Below, piece by piece: positions 22,775-36,942 of a stretch of 64,000 nucleotides of DNA. The first letter of the stretch is position 1. Every line of letters begins with the position of its first letter. Source of the stretch: Scyliorhinus canicula (Eukaryota); assembly GCF_902713615.1 (NCBI RefSeq), contig NC_052172.1, positions 6,057,337 to 6,121,336 on the forward strand. Reading direction: 5' to 3'. Position numbers and translations under genes: made by a program. The notes below the pieces were generated by a model. The model was not told the origin of the DNA and did no database searches. It saw nothing but the letters and a program-made list of their open reading frames with translations.

Positions 22775-24835
22775 CCAGAGTCCAAGGAGATAGGAGAGGT
22801 GCTAAATGAGTATTTTTCGTCAGTATTCACACAGGAAAAGACAATATTGTTGAGGAGAATACTGAGATACAGCCTACAAGACTAGAAGGGCTTGAGGTTC
22901 ATAAGGAGAAGGTGTTAGCAATTCTGGAAAGTATGAAAATAGATAAGTCCCCTCAGCTGGATGGGATTTATCCTCGGATTCTCTGGGAAACTAGGGAGGA
23001 GATTGCTGAGCCTTTGGCTTTGATCTTTATGCCGTGATTGTCTACAGAAATAGTGCCAGAAGACTGGAGGATAGCAAATGTTGTCCCCTTGTTCAAGAAG
23101 GGGAGTAGAAACAACGCCGGTAACTATAGACCAGTGATCCTTACTTCTGTTGTGGACAAAGTCTTGTAAAGGTTTATAAGAGATAGGATTCATAATCATC
23201 TAGAAAGGAATAATTTGATTAGGATTGTCAAGACTGTTTTGTGAAGGGTAGGTCGTACCTCACAAACCTTATTGAGTTCTTTGAGAAGGTGACCAAACTG
23301 GTGGATGAGGGTAAAGCAGTTGATGTGGTGTATATGGATTTCAGTAAAGCGTTTGATAAGGTTCCCCACGGTAGGCTATTGCAGAAAATACGGAGGCGTG
23401 GGATTCAGGGTGATTTAGCAGTATGGATCAGAAACTAGCTCGCTGTAAGAAAACAAAGGGTGGTGGTTGATGGGAAATGTTCAGCCTGGAGTTCAGTTAC
23501 TAGTGATATACAACCAGGATATGTTTTGGAGCCACTGCTGTTTGTCATTTTTATAAATGACCTGGAGGAGTGCGTAGAAGGATGGGTGAGTAACTTTGCA
23601 GATGGCACTAAAGTCAGTGGAGTTGTGGACAGTGCAGAAGGATGTTGCAGGTTACAGAGGGATATAGATAAGCTGCAGAGCAGGGATGAGAGGTGGCAAA
23701 TGGAGTTGAATGCAGAGAAGAGTGAGGTGTTTCATTTTGGAAGGAGTAACAGGAAGACAGAGTACTGGGCTAATGGTAAGATTCTTGGTAGTGTGGATGA
23801 GCAGAGATCTCGGTGCCCATGCCACCCAGATTGACAGGGTTGGTAAGAAGGCGTACGGTGTGTTATCTTTTATTAATGTTGGGATTGAGTTTCGGAACCA
23901 TGAGGTCATGTTGCAGTTTTACAAAACTCTGGTGCGGCCGCATTTGGAGTATTGCGTGCAGTTCTGTTTGCCGCATTATAGGAAGGATGTGGAAGCATTG
24001 GAAAGGGTGCAGAGGAGATTTACCAGGATGTTGCCTGGTATGGAGGGAAGATCTTCTGAGGAAAGACTGAGGCACTTAAGGCCGTTTTCGTGAGAGACAA
24101 GAATGTTGAGAGGTGACTTAATTGAGGCATACAAGATGATCTGATGATTAGATAGGGTGGACAGTGAGAGCCTTTTTCCTCGGATGGTGATGGCTAGCAC
24201 GAGTAGACATAGCATTAAATTGCGGGGAGATAGATATACATAGAATTTACAGTGCAGAAGGAGGCCATTCAGCCCATCGAGTCTGCACCGGCTCTTGGAA
24301 AGAGCACCCTACCCAAGGTCAACACCTCCACCCTATCCCCATAACCCAGTAACCCCACGCAACATTAAGGGCAAATTTGGACACTAAGGGAAATTTTGGA
24401 CACTAAGGGCAATTTATCATGGCCAATCCACCTAACCTGCACATCTTTGGAAGGAAACCGGAGCACCCGGAGGAAACCCACGCACACACGGGGAGGATGT
24501 GCAGACTCCACACAGACAGTGACCCAAGCCGGAATCGAACCTGGGACCCTGGAGCTGTGAAGCGATTGTGATATTCACAATGCTACCGTGCTGCCCATAA
24601 AGATAGAGGACAGATGTCAGAGGTAGGTTCTTTACTCAGAGAGTAGGAAGGGCGTGGAATGCCCTGCCTGCAACAGTAGTGGACTCGCCAACACTCAGGG
24701 CATTTAAATGGTCATTGGACAAATATATGGATGATAAGGGAATAGTGTAGATGGGCTTTAGAGTGGTTTCACAGGTCGGCGCAACATCGAGGGCCGAAGG
24801 GCCTGTACTGCGGAGTAATGTTTATGTTCTATGTT
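22775..24835 (+). mobile_element. CR1 RT/3' fragment, interrupted by an HE1-like SINE
   Basis: KGRSYLTNLIEFFE...VVYMDFSKAFDKVPH, FADGTK, RPHLEYCVQF; tail ttatgttctatgttatg at ~24830. Confidence 0.9.
24236..24597 (-). mobile_element. HE1-like SINE nested in CR1
   Basis: Reverse-complement head gggcagcacggtagc and core; internal ttggacactaaggg duplication. Confidence 0.9.
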
Positions 24836-24839
24836 ATGC

Positions 24840-25800
24840 AGCCTCAGAAGTACATCCCTGCTCTTGAATTCTAGCCCTCTCGACATGAATACTAACATTG
24901 CATTTGCGTTTGCCTTCCTAACTGCCAACTGAAGCTGCAGGTTAACCTGAAGAGAATCTTGAACAAGGATTCCCAAGTCTCTTTGTCCTTCTGATTTCCT
25001 AAGCATTTCTTCATTTCGAAAATAGCCTATACCTCCATTCCTCCTTCCATCACCTCACAGTTTTCCACATTGTATTCCATTTGCCAGTTGATTGCCCACT
25101 CTCCTGCCTGTCCAAGTCCTTCTGTAGCACCTTGCTTTCTCAATATTACCTGCCCGCTACATATGTTTGTATCATCTGCAAACGTAGCAACAGTATGTTC
25201 TGTTCCTTCTTTCACATCGTTAATGTGTATTGTGAAATGTTGTGGTCACAGCACAGACCCCTGAGGCACACCACGAGTCACCGTTTGCTACCCTGAAAAA
25301 GACTCATTTATCCCTATTCTCTTCCTTCTACCAGTCTTTATTTGTTTAATAGTCGTCTGTGCAGAACCTTGTCAAAGGCCACCTGGAAATCGAAATAAAT
25401 TACGTCCACTGGTTCTCCTTTGCCTAATTTCCTTGTAATCTACTCACGAACTCTAACAGATTTGTCAGACATGACTTCCTCTTGAAGAAGCCGTGCTGAC
25501 TCAGTCCTATTTTATCATGCACTCCCATGTACTTCGCAATCTCATCTTTAATAATGTTGCCTACGACCGAAGTAAGGCCAACCGCCTATAACTTCCCGTC
25601 TTCTGCCTCTCTCCCTTCTTAAATACATTAAGAAGGGTTACAGTAGCTACTGTCCTGTCCTCTGGGGCCCCCCTGCCTCCAGTGATTCCTGAAAGGTTAC
25701 CACAATCTCCTCAGGTATGTCCTTCAGAACCCTGGATATAGTCCATCCGATCCAGGTGATTTATCTACCTTCAGACCATTCATTTTTCCCAGAACCTTCT
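24840..25800 (-). mobile_element. Degraded CR1 RT remnant
   Basis: TVATFADDTNI, DKVLHRRLLNK-like and RPHLE-region relics with many lesions. Confidence 0.75.
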
Positions 25801-27049
25801 CTTTAGTGATGGCTACTACCCTCACCTGTGCCCCCTTATTCTCATGGTGCTCTGGCAGCCCACCACAATACATATACAAAGTAACTATTCAGTTCCTGTG
25901 CCATTTCTTTGTTCTGACTCTGATAATCATCTCTCAATGTTCCTCCTGTTCTTTCCCGATCCCTCCTTTTCCTGAGTGTCTCCATATTTTCTCAATTATT
26001 TTCTCCCGCTCTATCTCGCCCCTTCCTCTTTTATGCCTCCATCACCTTCTCTCTCTTTCTCCCATTCTATCGCACTATGGCTCTCTTATTATGCCTTATC
26101 CGTTTGCCAAGTTTTTTGAATAATTCTAGTGTAAATATTTGAGTGGTTAGTTAAATATTTGCCTCTGAAGCGGAACTTACCTGTGGCGAGCCCCCATCCA
26201 GTCTGCCATACTTTCCCAAATGCGAAGAATGAAGTGTTACTGGATATGAACCAACAGCTCAGTCAGCATCTCTGCGGACAATTTACAGAGTCGCAGCCGT
26301 TCAATGTCCATTTACGTTCACCTCAATAATATGGACGGTGAAATAATATGTACAGGTGTTTCTTGAGCAGCGGGCACATATTTCGACAAATATATACATC
26401 AATGTGTGTGACCATGAGTGCGAATCAGCTGACTTTGCTTCAATGTTGAAAAATAAGCGTCCTGGATAAGACAATTTTTTTATTGTCCATACCAATTTCT
26501 CTTCAGAATTCTTGAATCAATGCAGCCAATGTGATATAGGTCAGTATTATGAGGGATGTTTTTCCTGGATTTAGACCAAATAGGTTTGACAGAATTGTGA
26601 CCTAGCTCCAATCCGCAAGTTAAATTGCAGGGGGGCATCCAATGACTGTCTTTCCTTACCAGAGACTTTTTCAAAGTCCCACTTGAGATTATTTAGGATA
26701 TGGGTTTGTTTCTTGTGAACGTCTGTCTGTACAATGCATTTTCAGACTATAGTGTACAATCTGCACTCCTTTTTTGAAAGGTATTCAATGATTGTCGAAA
26801 CCATTGAAAGAAACATCACTCGGCTGAAACCCAGGATGATGGTTGATCCCACGAAGAACGTTTGAAAACGTTAGTGTTGCATCCATCGGAGTTTAAAATA
26901 ACACGTGGTGATCTTATTCAAACATACCTAACTTGACGGGTTGCAAAAAAGAGTATATTTCCTCTTCTGGGGAGACAAACACTATGTCTCGCTATTTAAA
27001 AAGAGCAGCTGCTCCATTTAAGTTGTAGATGTATTGGATATTTTTCCCA

Positions 27050-27682
27050 GACATTCCTCAATGAAGAATAGCTAATGTGGTACCACTGTTTAAGAAAGGT
27101 AGCAGGTATAATCCAGGAAAATGTAGACCAGTGAGCCTCACGTCGGTAGTAGGTAAATTATTGGAGAGAATTCTCACCTCCCTAAATTTATACCCATTTC
27201 CAAACAGATTGTCTCATTAGCGATCGACAGCATGGGTTTGTGATGGGGAGGTCGTGCCTCACTGATTTGATAAAGATTTTTACGGAGGTAATAAAGGTGA
27301 CTGATGAGGGGAGGGCGGTGGATGTTGTTTGCATGGACTTCAGAAAAGCCTTTGGCAAGGTGCCACCTGGCAGACTGGCAGCACGGTAGTATAGCCAGCC
27401 CGGACAGGCGCCGGAATGCGGCGACTAGGGGCTTTTCACAGTAACTTCATTGAAGCATACTCGTGACAATAAGCGATTTTCATTTTCATTTCATCTTCAT
27501 AGTGGTTAGCACAATTGCTTCACAGCTCCAGGGTCCCAGGTTCGATTCCGGCTTGGGTCACTGCCTGTGCGGAGTCTGCACATCCTCCCCGTGTGTGCGT
27601 GTGTTTCCTCTGGGTGCTCCGGTTTCCTCCCACAGTCCAAAGATGTGCAAGTTAGTTGGATTGGCCATGATAATTTGCCCTT
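27050..27682 (+). mobile_element. CR1 RT relic (27050-27380) followed by a truncated family-2 SINE (27390-27495) and a truncated HE1-like SINE (27497-27682)
   Basis: catggacttcagaaaagcctttggcaaggtgcc (MDFRKAFGKVP); the SINE sequences match other copies in the window. Confidence 0.8.
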
Positions 27683-30530
27683 AGTCCAGCTCTGCATCAT
27701 ATCTATGTCTCTTTGCAGCCGACAACAGCCCTCCTCACTATCCACAACTCCACCAATCTTCGTATTGTCTGCAAATTTACTGACCCACCCTTCAACTCCC
27801 TCATCCAAGTCATTAATGAAAATCACAAGCAGCAGAGCACCCAGAACTGATCCCTGCGGTACGCCACTGGTAACTGGGCTCCAGGCTGAATATTTGCCAT
27901 CCATCACCACTCTCTGCCTTCTATTGGTTAGCTAGTTCGTTATCCAACTGGCCATATTTCCCACTATCCCATGCCTCCTTACCTTGTGCATCAGCCTACC
28001 ATGGGGAACCTTATCAAATGCCTTACTAAAATCCATGTACACTGCATCCACTGTTTACCGTCATCCACATGCTTGTTACCTCCACAAAGAATTCAATAAG
28101 ACTTGGCAGGCAAGACCTACTTTCACAAATCCGTGCTGTCTATTCCTAATCAAGCAGTGTCTTTCCAGATGCTCAGAAATCCTATCCCTCAGTACCCTTT
28201 CCATTACTTTGCCTACCACCGAAGACTAACTGGCCTGTAATTCCCAGGGTTATCATTGCCAACGGCTCTGCAATTTCATCTCTTCATTCCCAGAGAATCC
28301 TTGGATATATCCCGTCAGGCCCGGTGGACTTGTCTATCCTCAAGTTTTTCAAAAAGCCCAACACATCTTCCTTCCTAACAAGTATGTCCTCGAGCTTACC
28401 AGTCTGTTTCACACTGTGCTCTCCAGCAATATGGCCCCTCTCATATTGTAAATACGAAGAAAAGTACTCGTTCGAGATCTCTCCTATCTCTTCAGACTCA
28501 ATACACAATCTCCCGCTACTGTCATTAATCGGACCTACCCTCGCACTAGTCAATCTCACATTTCTCACATATGTGTAAAAGGCTTTCGGGTTTTCCTTGA
28601 TCCTATCCGCCAAATATTTTTCATGCCCTCTCTTAGCTCTCCTAATCCCTTTCTTCAGTTCCCTCCTGGCTATCTTGTGTCCCTCCAGCGCCCTGTCTGA
28701 ACCTCGTTTCTTCAGCCTTACATAAGTCTCCTTCTTCCTTTTGGAGGACTCGATGGGCCGAATGGCCTTACTTCCGCTCCTATGTCTTATGGTCTTATGG
28801 TCTTAACAAGACATTCAACCTCTCTTCTCAACCATGGTTCCCTCACTCGACCATCTCTTCCCTGCCTGACAGGGATATACATATCAAAGACACGTAGTAC
28901 ATGTTCCTTGAACAAGTTCCACATTTCACTTGTGTCCTTCCCTGACAGCTTATGTTCCCAACTCGTGCACTTCAATTCTTGTCTGACAGCATCGCATTTA
29001 TCCTTCCCCCAATTGTAAACCTTGCCCTGTTGCACGCACCTATCCCTCTCCACTGCTAAAGTGAAAGTCACAGAATTGTGGTCACTATCTCCAAAATGCT
29101 CCCCCACTAACAAATCTATCACTTGCCCTGGTTCATTACCAAGTACCAAATCCAATATGGCCTCCCCTCTGGTTGGACAATCAACATACTGTGTTAGAAA
29201 AGTTCCTGGACACACTGCACAAGCACCACCCCATTCAAACTATTTGATCTAAAGGGTTTCCACTCAATATTTGGGAAGTTGAAGTTACCCATGACTACTG
29301 CCGTGTGACTTCTGCATCTTTCCAAAATCTGTTTCCCAATCTGTTCCTCCACATCTCTGCTGCTATTGTGGGGCCTATAGAAAACTCCGAACAAGGTGAC
29401 TGCTCCTTTCCTATTTCTGACTTCAACCTATACTACCTCAGTGGGCAGATCCACCTCGAACTGCCTTTCGGCAGCTGTTATACTATCTTTAATTAACAAT
29501 TCCACCCCCACCTCTTTTACCATCCTCCTTAATCTTATTGAAATATCTATAACCAGGGACCTCCAACAACCATTTCTGCCCCTCTTCTATCCAAGTTTCC
29601 GTAATGGCCACCACATCGTAGTCCGAAGTACTGATCCATGCCTTAAGTTCACCCACCTTATTCCTGATGCTTCTTGCGTTGAAGCATACACACTTCAACC
29701 CATCTCCGTGCCTGCAAGTACTCTCCTTTGTCAGTGTTACCTTCCTCACTGCCTCACTACATGCGTTAGCGTCCTGAATATCGGCTATCTTAGTTGCTGG
29801 ACTACAAATCCGGTTCCCATTCCCGTGCCAAATTAGTTTAAACCCTCCCGAAGAGTACTAGAAAACCTCCCTCCCAGGATATTGGTGCCCCTCTGGTTCA
29901 GACGTAACTCATCCTCCTTGTACAGGTCCCATCTTCCCCAGAATGCGCTCCAATTATCCAAATACCTGAAGCCCTCCATCCTACACCATACCTGCAGCCA
30001 CGTTTTCAACTGCACTCTCTCCCTATTCCTAGTCTCGCTATCACATGGCACCGGCAACAAACCAGAGATGACAACTCTGTCTGTCCTGGCTTTTAACTTC
30101 CAGCCTAACTCCCTAAAATTGTTTATTACCTCTACACCCCTTTTCCTACCTACGTCATTGGTACCAATGTGCGCCACGACGTCTGGCTGCTCACCCTCTC
30201 CCTTCAGGATCCTGAAGACACGATCCAAGACATCCCTGGCCCTGTCAGCCGGGAGGCAATAGACCTTCCGGGAGTCTCGCTCGTGACCACAGAATCTCCT
30301 ATCTATTCCCCTAGCCATTGAATCACCTATTACTATTGCTTTTCTATTCTCCCCCCTTCCCTTCTGAGCCCCAGAGCCGGACTCAGTGCCGGAGACCTGA
30401 CCGCTATGGCCTACCCACGGTAGGTCATCCCCCCCAACAGCATCCAAAACGGTATACTTGTTTTAAAGGGGAACGGCCATGAGGGATCCCTGCACTGTCT
30501 GCCTGCTCGTTTTCTTTCCCCTGACTGTAA
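27683..30530 (-). mobile_element. Internally deleted CR1 with ORF1 SGNH-esterase, endonuclease and RT pieces
   Basis: ORF 29833-30447 IVIGDSM...HIGTNDVGRKR...VISGLLPVP; EN LKCVCFNARSIRNK...VAITETW; RT SGVPQGSVLG...KFADNTK; ~60-bp opposite-strand CR1 tail insert at 28741-28800. Confidence 0.92.
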
Positions 30531-30855
30531 CAAATTCAAACCTACTGTCTTTGTTAAAAAGTGTTTTAGCTCGTGTATGTTGCCAGGAAAGTTATTAAGT
30601 GTTACCTAAAGAATACTGTATCTTTTTCGGGGGTTATCAGTGTTCGTAGTTGGTAAGACGTTTTCTGTGGGTTTAAAAAATGTTACTGGATTCATAGAAT
30701 AAACATTGTTTTGCTTTTAAAATACTATAGATCTCTGTTGCATCACACCTGTAAAGTGGGCCCTTGTGCTCCCTGTTATCAAAATCTATTACAAGTTGTG
30801 GGTCAGGTGAACTCCATGATAAACTTTAGTGTTCTCTAAACCCTGGCCAATAACA
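30531..30855 (+). mobile_element. Partial LTR (3' part)
   Basis: AATAAA at ~30698 and a terminal ...ccctggccaataaca; abrupt junction with CR1 ORF1. Confidence 0.45.
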
Positions 30856-30959
30856 ATACTTAGGACGTTTTGTTATTTCTCTGGCATTGTATCCAACCTC
30901 TGGATTTGAATTAAACTGGCCCTGCGGATTTTCCATCCTTAAGCCACATTCTTTTATCC

Positions 30960-33170
30960 ATTTCAGCAGTTTAGTCTCTGGTCGCTCTTTATGTCTCGGC
31001 AACTAAAAACAGACAACGCCTTTGAAGAATATAGGGAAAATAGGAACAAACTCAAACGGGGAGTTAGGAGGCCGAAAAGAAGCCATGAAATGTCACTGTT
31101 AAGCAGTGTAAATTCCCGTACCAGTCTCCCAGAACAGGCGCCGGAATGTGGCGACTAGGGGCTTTTCACAGTAACTTCATTGAAGCCTACTCGTGACAAT
31201 AAGCGATTTTCATTTCTTTTCATTTCATTTCAAATGGAAATCTCAAGGCCTTTTATACAAATGTGTCAGGAGCAAGAGGATATCTATGGAAAGAGTAGTT
31301 ATACATAGAGTCGGAGGAATTGGGTGAGATCCTTAATGACGACTGTACACCGGAATTCACCAAGAAGAGGGACATGACGGATGTTGAGGTTAGAGATGGG
31401 TGTGTCAATTCTCTAGGACATCTCTGTATAATGAAGAAGAAGTGTTGGATATGTTGAAAAGAATTAAGGTAGACACGTCCGCTAGGCCATATGGGATATG
31501 CCCTAGGTTACTGTGGGAAGCAAGGCAGCTGGGGCCTTAAAATATATCTTTGCATCATCTCTAACCACAGACAAGGTTCCAGAGAACTGGAAAATACCCA
31601 TTGTTATCCTTTTGTTTAAGAAGGGAAGCAGGGGTAATCCAGGTAATTATAGAGCCAGTGAACATGACGTCAGTTGTGGGGAAGGTGTTGGAGAATATAC
31701 TGAGGGACATCATTTAATTACGTTTGGAAGTGAATGGACTCATTAGTGATAGGCAACATGATTTGTGCGGGAAGGTCATGTCTTACCAACTTGATCGAGC
31801 TTTTTGAGTCGGTGACAAAATTAATTGATGGGGAAAGCCTCTGAGTTTCGTCTACATGACTTTAGTAAGGCATTTGACAAGGTCCCTCATGGCAGACTGG
31901 TACACAAGGTAATGTCACATGGGATTCGGGGTGTGCTGGCTTGGCACACAAGAGACAGAGAACTGGCTTGGCAACAGTAGACAGAGAGTAACAGTGGAAG
32001 GGAGTTTTTCCAGAAAAGAATTGTGTAACTACTGTATTCAACAGGGATCAGTGCTGGGACTAATGCAATTTTCAATACATATAAACGATCTGGAGGAAAA
32101 TGTAGATGGCCTGATTTGCAGGTTTGCAGATGGCATGAAGATAGGTGGAATTGAGGTGGCACCGTGGCGCACTCTGCCTCACGGCACTGAGGGCACGGGC
32201 TCGATCACGGCCCTGGGTCACTTCCCGTGTGGCGTTTCCATATTCTGCCAGTATTTGCGTGGGTCTCACACCCACAGTCCAATGATGTGCAGGTTAGGTA
32301 GTTTGGCCACGCTAAATTGCCCTTTGATTAGAAAAAAAAGAGTCAAAAGATAGGTGGAGTTGTAGATAGTGAAGGGGACTTTCAGAAAATACAGCAAAAT
32401 ATAGATAGATTGTGGTGGTACAGTGGCACAGATGTTAACAATGTTGATTGACAGCGCCAGGGACCCGGGTTCGATTTCCAGAGTGGGTCACTGTCTGTGC
32501 GGAGTCTGCATGTTCTCACCGTGTCTGCGTGGATTGCCTCCGGCTGCTCTGCTTTCCTCCCACTAGTTCTGAAAGACATGCTGTTACCTGACTTGGCCAT
32601 TCTAACTTCTCCCTCTGTGGATCGAACAGGCACCGTTGTGTGGTGACTGGATGATTTTCACAATACCTTCATTGCAATGTTAATGAAAGCCTGGTGCGAC
32701 AGTACTAAAGATTACTATTGTTATTACTTGGAGTTTGCCGGACTGGAGGGTGTTCTTTAATAGGATAGGTTGACTAAACTCGGATTGCTTCTGTTAGAAC
32801 GAGAGAGGCTGAGGGGAGACCTGATTGAGGTCTACAAAATTACGTGTGGTATGGATAGGGTGAATAATCAGGAGCTTTTACTGGGTGGTAGACTCAATTA
32901 CAAGGGGGCATCAGTTTATGGTGAGAGTGGGAACATTTAAGGGATATGTGCAGGGAACATATTTCACGCAGAGGGTTGTGGGTGCCTGGAATGCGATGCC
33001 AGTGTGGGGAGGGGGTGGAAGTAGGCACGATCATAATGTTTAAAATGTATCTTGATAGACAGTTGAACAGGCGGAAAATTGAGGGATCCAGATCGTTTGG
33101 ACCGTAAATAATAGGTGAAAATAAGGAATCTGGATCGGTGCAGCCTTGGTGGGCCGAAGGGTCAGTTCCT
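30960..33170 (+). mobile_element. Degraded CR1 RT/3' mosaic with SINE insertions (31118-31230, ~32156-32330, ~32412-32720)
   Basis: DFSKAFDKVP and QGSVLG...FADGMK relics; RLRGDLIEVYKI 3' region; CR1 tail at ~33130-33195. Confidence 0.8.
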
Positions 33171-33335
33171 GTGCTGTAATGTTCTTTGTTCTTGTGTACG
33201 GCAGTCGGTGAGAGCGCGTGCGTGGCTGTGAATAAGAGTGTGTGTGTGTGTGGAAGTGGGAGTGAGTGAGTGTGCAGTCAAAGTCAGTGAGTGTGCGTTG
33301 GTGTCAGTGAGTGAATGTTTCTGACTGCGAGTGTG

Positions 33336-34346
33336 TGTGATATTACAACACCCTGAGCGAATGTGCGGTAAAGTCCTGCACCACAAGCAGTGGAGGTTCA
33401 ATACAAGTGAATGAACGAATTATTCGTATACAGTCTCTGAGATCTTTGCCCCCTGACTGCGTCAATGACTTCCAGGCACCAGGTTTGTATGTTAAACCAA
33501 AAACTGTTTATTTATGACAGAAGAAGGGTTGAAACATGCAGTATTCGAACAAACTAATGGGCAGCTAATCTAATACTTGTTCCTTTTACCATCCAACCCT
33601 GTACCCAAACACACACAAGACAAACACAAACAGAGATAGGGAGAGGGATATAATAATAGGAATTGTAATCTGAAATGAAAGACGTGTGTACTTGATTCCG
33701 ATGACACGTCTGTTGCAGCAGGCTACCATCCCAGGATGAATAGGGATTGGAGCTACCGGCTGGATTGCTAATGAGGATCTTCTGGCAGTACCATTCAGTC
33801 AGAACTCCCAGAGTCCCTCTGTGAACTCGCTTTAACTTTTCTTAACCTGGGCATTTACTCACGGGATCGTCCTCAGGCCTTTTTAATTCTTACCCTTTCC
33901 CCAGCTTAACCGACCTTACTAAGAGAAGAACAGAGTTCTCCACACTAACATTTAAAAAGGGTTGTTAAACAACTGACCATGCCTGATGCTCGTGCTGGAC
34001 TGGATTTACTTGCAATTCAGTCTGGCTCTGGTGACGGAAAGGTCTTTGCTTTGGATCTTCATCTTCAGAAAGAATCAATTTGCTGAGCGAAAGAGATCAG
34101 TGATGTGCCCGTGCAGCTTCAAATCAAAACTAAAGTAAAATCAAAGACAATCATGCAGAGGAAGGAACATTCCAGTGAAAACCCCAACCAATGAGCGGGA
34201 GCCATTGATAGGTTCTGGCAATTCGAAGCAGCCAACGGGCAGGCAGTTAGGACCATCAAAATGTGTGATCACCGAACTCCCTTGAATGTGCTGATCCGAA
34301 ATGTAATCAGTTCTTTGCAAACTTTCTTGCCTGAGGTCATAAGTCA
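33336..34346. mobile_element. Probable ~1-kb solo LTR
   Basis: Starts tgtgatattac and ends gaggtcataagtca; tttatt (- strand AATAAA) near 33505; no coding capacity; TSD not evident. Confidence 0.4.
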
Positions 34347-36942
34347 ATCCTCCGTTTACCAGATACTTCGAAACATAGAACACAATAGGAGCAGGAGGAG
34401 GCCATGCGGCCCTTCAAGCCCACCCGCCATTCATTATGATCATGGCTGATCATCCAACTCAATAGCCTGTACCCACATTCCCCCCATATACTTTGACCCC
34501 CTTCGCCCTAAGTGCTTTATCTAACTGATTGAATAAAAGGTGCAGTTCACCTAAAAAGCATAGATCCCATTAATTGTCCGGGTAAAAAATGGTAGAGCAG
34601 GCTCGAAGGGCCAAAAGGCCTCCACCTTTTCCTATCTTCTACGTATCTATATTGAATAGGAAAAATAAACAAAGGGCAGACAGGGATTAACAGGAGGATC
34701 CTTGCAATGTTTGTATCTGGTGAAGCGAAAGTGAGCAATGTTGTGTGCCGCAGAAAGAACAAGTGATTGCGTGTGAGAGTGACAATGTGTTAGTGTAGCA
34801 TTGGCGGTATGTGACTGTTGGGTACGGAGCATGGGGGTGCATGTGTGACAGTGAGGGAATGAGTGAGGCAGAGTAAGTTTGTGTTACTTCCAGTCCCAGG
34901 ATTCTCACCCTCTCTCACCATTCCACACAAACATTTACATCATCTGCCACTCTCAGTGGGTGAGGGTGAGTTAGTGAGTACCCTGAGACTGCGAGAAAGC
35001 CAGAGAGTCACAGACTGAAACGTTCAATTGGCTATGGCTATTAAAGACACGCTGGACGTCTCCAATAAATGCTGTGACGTTTCTTTACTTGCACTCAGTA
35101 TTTGATAATTTTCTGAAAATATCAACATTTTTTGAATTTGTTTATTTTTGTGTCATATGTTTTTGTTCCGTAATTTGTCCATCAGCCCCTTGATGGATGA
35201 ACAATACGAATATGACTCCCCGAGAAAAATGTTGGAACACCCGACCCAACAACTTACAAAATGATTCCAGGGAGAATTTCTCTGCACGAAACAAATCTAC
35301 TGCATTTACCTAAACCTCTACACGCATCGTTCATGAGCAGCCATGGACGAGTGAAATTGTTCACATGAGCATGATAAATTCAGGCATGTTCTGCAAAAGG
35401 CAACATGGTGTTCAGTTTTTAAACAGTTTAGATGTGAACTCTCTGCAGTTCAGTGTACTGTGCACAGAGGAAACTATTAATTCCTGTTGTGGGACAATTA
35501 GTTGCTGAAAGAAAGTCCGTCGAGTCAGTCTGCGAGGACACGTCAGGTAAATTAATTGCTGAGGTGCGATGCAGATTAATGAGGACAAGGTGTGATTGTG
35601 GAAATAGGAAAGGAAGGGCAACATGAATTGTCTTGTAGATAAATGCGGCAGGGAGTTGCAACAGGTAGGACGCAGTGTGACAAGAAGCAAAATACATGGA
35701 AAAATCCAGGCGAGAGGGGGATATTGATTGAGGACAGAAATAAGTGGAGTCAGCAGGAGCAGATGGACAATGAGAAGCAAAAAGGTACCGAAGGGGATAT
35801 ATCTAGAATAGAGGAAAATTTCGAAAGACGACAGAGTTTCCCCCCGATTTCAATGCAAACACAAAACACTGTCTATGATTCAATTTTCAAAGAAATATCA
35901 CAGCAATTCTGGAAATGCTTAGTGGGCCAAGACACTTATACTGAAGGAAAGAGCTGAGGATTTAATCAATATTTGATCGAGTCACGATCAATAAAGTTAA
36001 AGCTCAAATTATTCCCAGGTCTGTGCACGCCAATTATCAATGGAGAATTGAAACTGCTGGTGCTTAATCAAGCGAAGTATGAAATAACCATGTTGGCCAA
36101 TGCTCCTCACCTGGGTCAAGTTAAAATTGGTCCACTTTCTACATGAATGGAATAATTTGTATCTGTCTAGCATCCTTTCAACACCTGGTGACAGCATTAG
36201 GAGATGTATATTCAAATAGGTATTTTATTTCATTTGTGTCCACTAATATTATGGGGCACATGTGGCAGTCACCACTCTACACTGTTAAAACAAGCAATTG
36301 TTTTAAATCCACCCGCGTAATCAGATGGAATTTCTGTCTATAGCTTCAGTCAACTAAGAGCATAATGTCGCCCTCCATAAGTCCTGACGCTTCGACTGTT
36401 TAGCACTGCAGTCAGGACTGATTTTCCAACATTGCAGCCGTGTGTCGCAGAGCGGAGTGGCCAGAATTCCCACCGCACAGCTTTAGTAATCCGTGCTCAA
36501 AATCCATTACGTTTGTGGCAGAAAAACACATTTTAAAAACGAAAGAGGAGCTTTAAACGACACAAAAGTGACATCTGTCTCGCTCTCCACCGAAGGAGCA
36601 AAAACTGCTGAGAAGTTCCAGTGCTTCCTGATTTTACGCCCAAACGTAATTTTTGAGTTGGCTGAGTCCAATAGTTATCGCGGGTATAATCATACAGGTC
36701 TGCAAAGGTATTTCGGCCTTAAATCAAAATCAATTCAAAAAGGTGTATCTTTTGCATTGTGAAATTGCAGTCAGAATATCGACTCTTCACGAACCATTTT
36801 ATAAATCCATTTTACTGTTAATCAACGTTAATGAATAAACTGCTTCTGTGAGAATGGCTTACAGATAAATACTATCATTCGAAATTATTTTAATAAATTA
36901 TGAAATTTCTGTGCGATCTTGCATTTGCTCCATTGATTGAAT

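Noticed and set aside
26660-26825. Second - strand donor (tctctg|gtaagg) with an upstream acceptor-like site
   Set aside because: All frames are closed, so there is no support for a coding exon.
35643-35957. 104-aa + strand ORF and neighbouring ORFs in unique DNA
   Set aside because: No recognisable motif or splice structure; consistent with chance.
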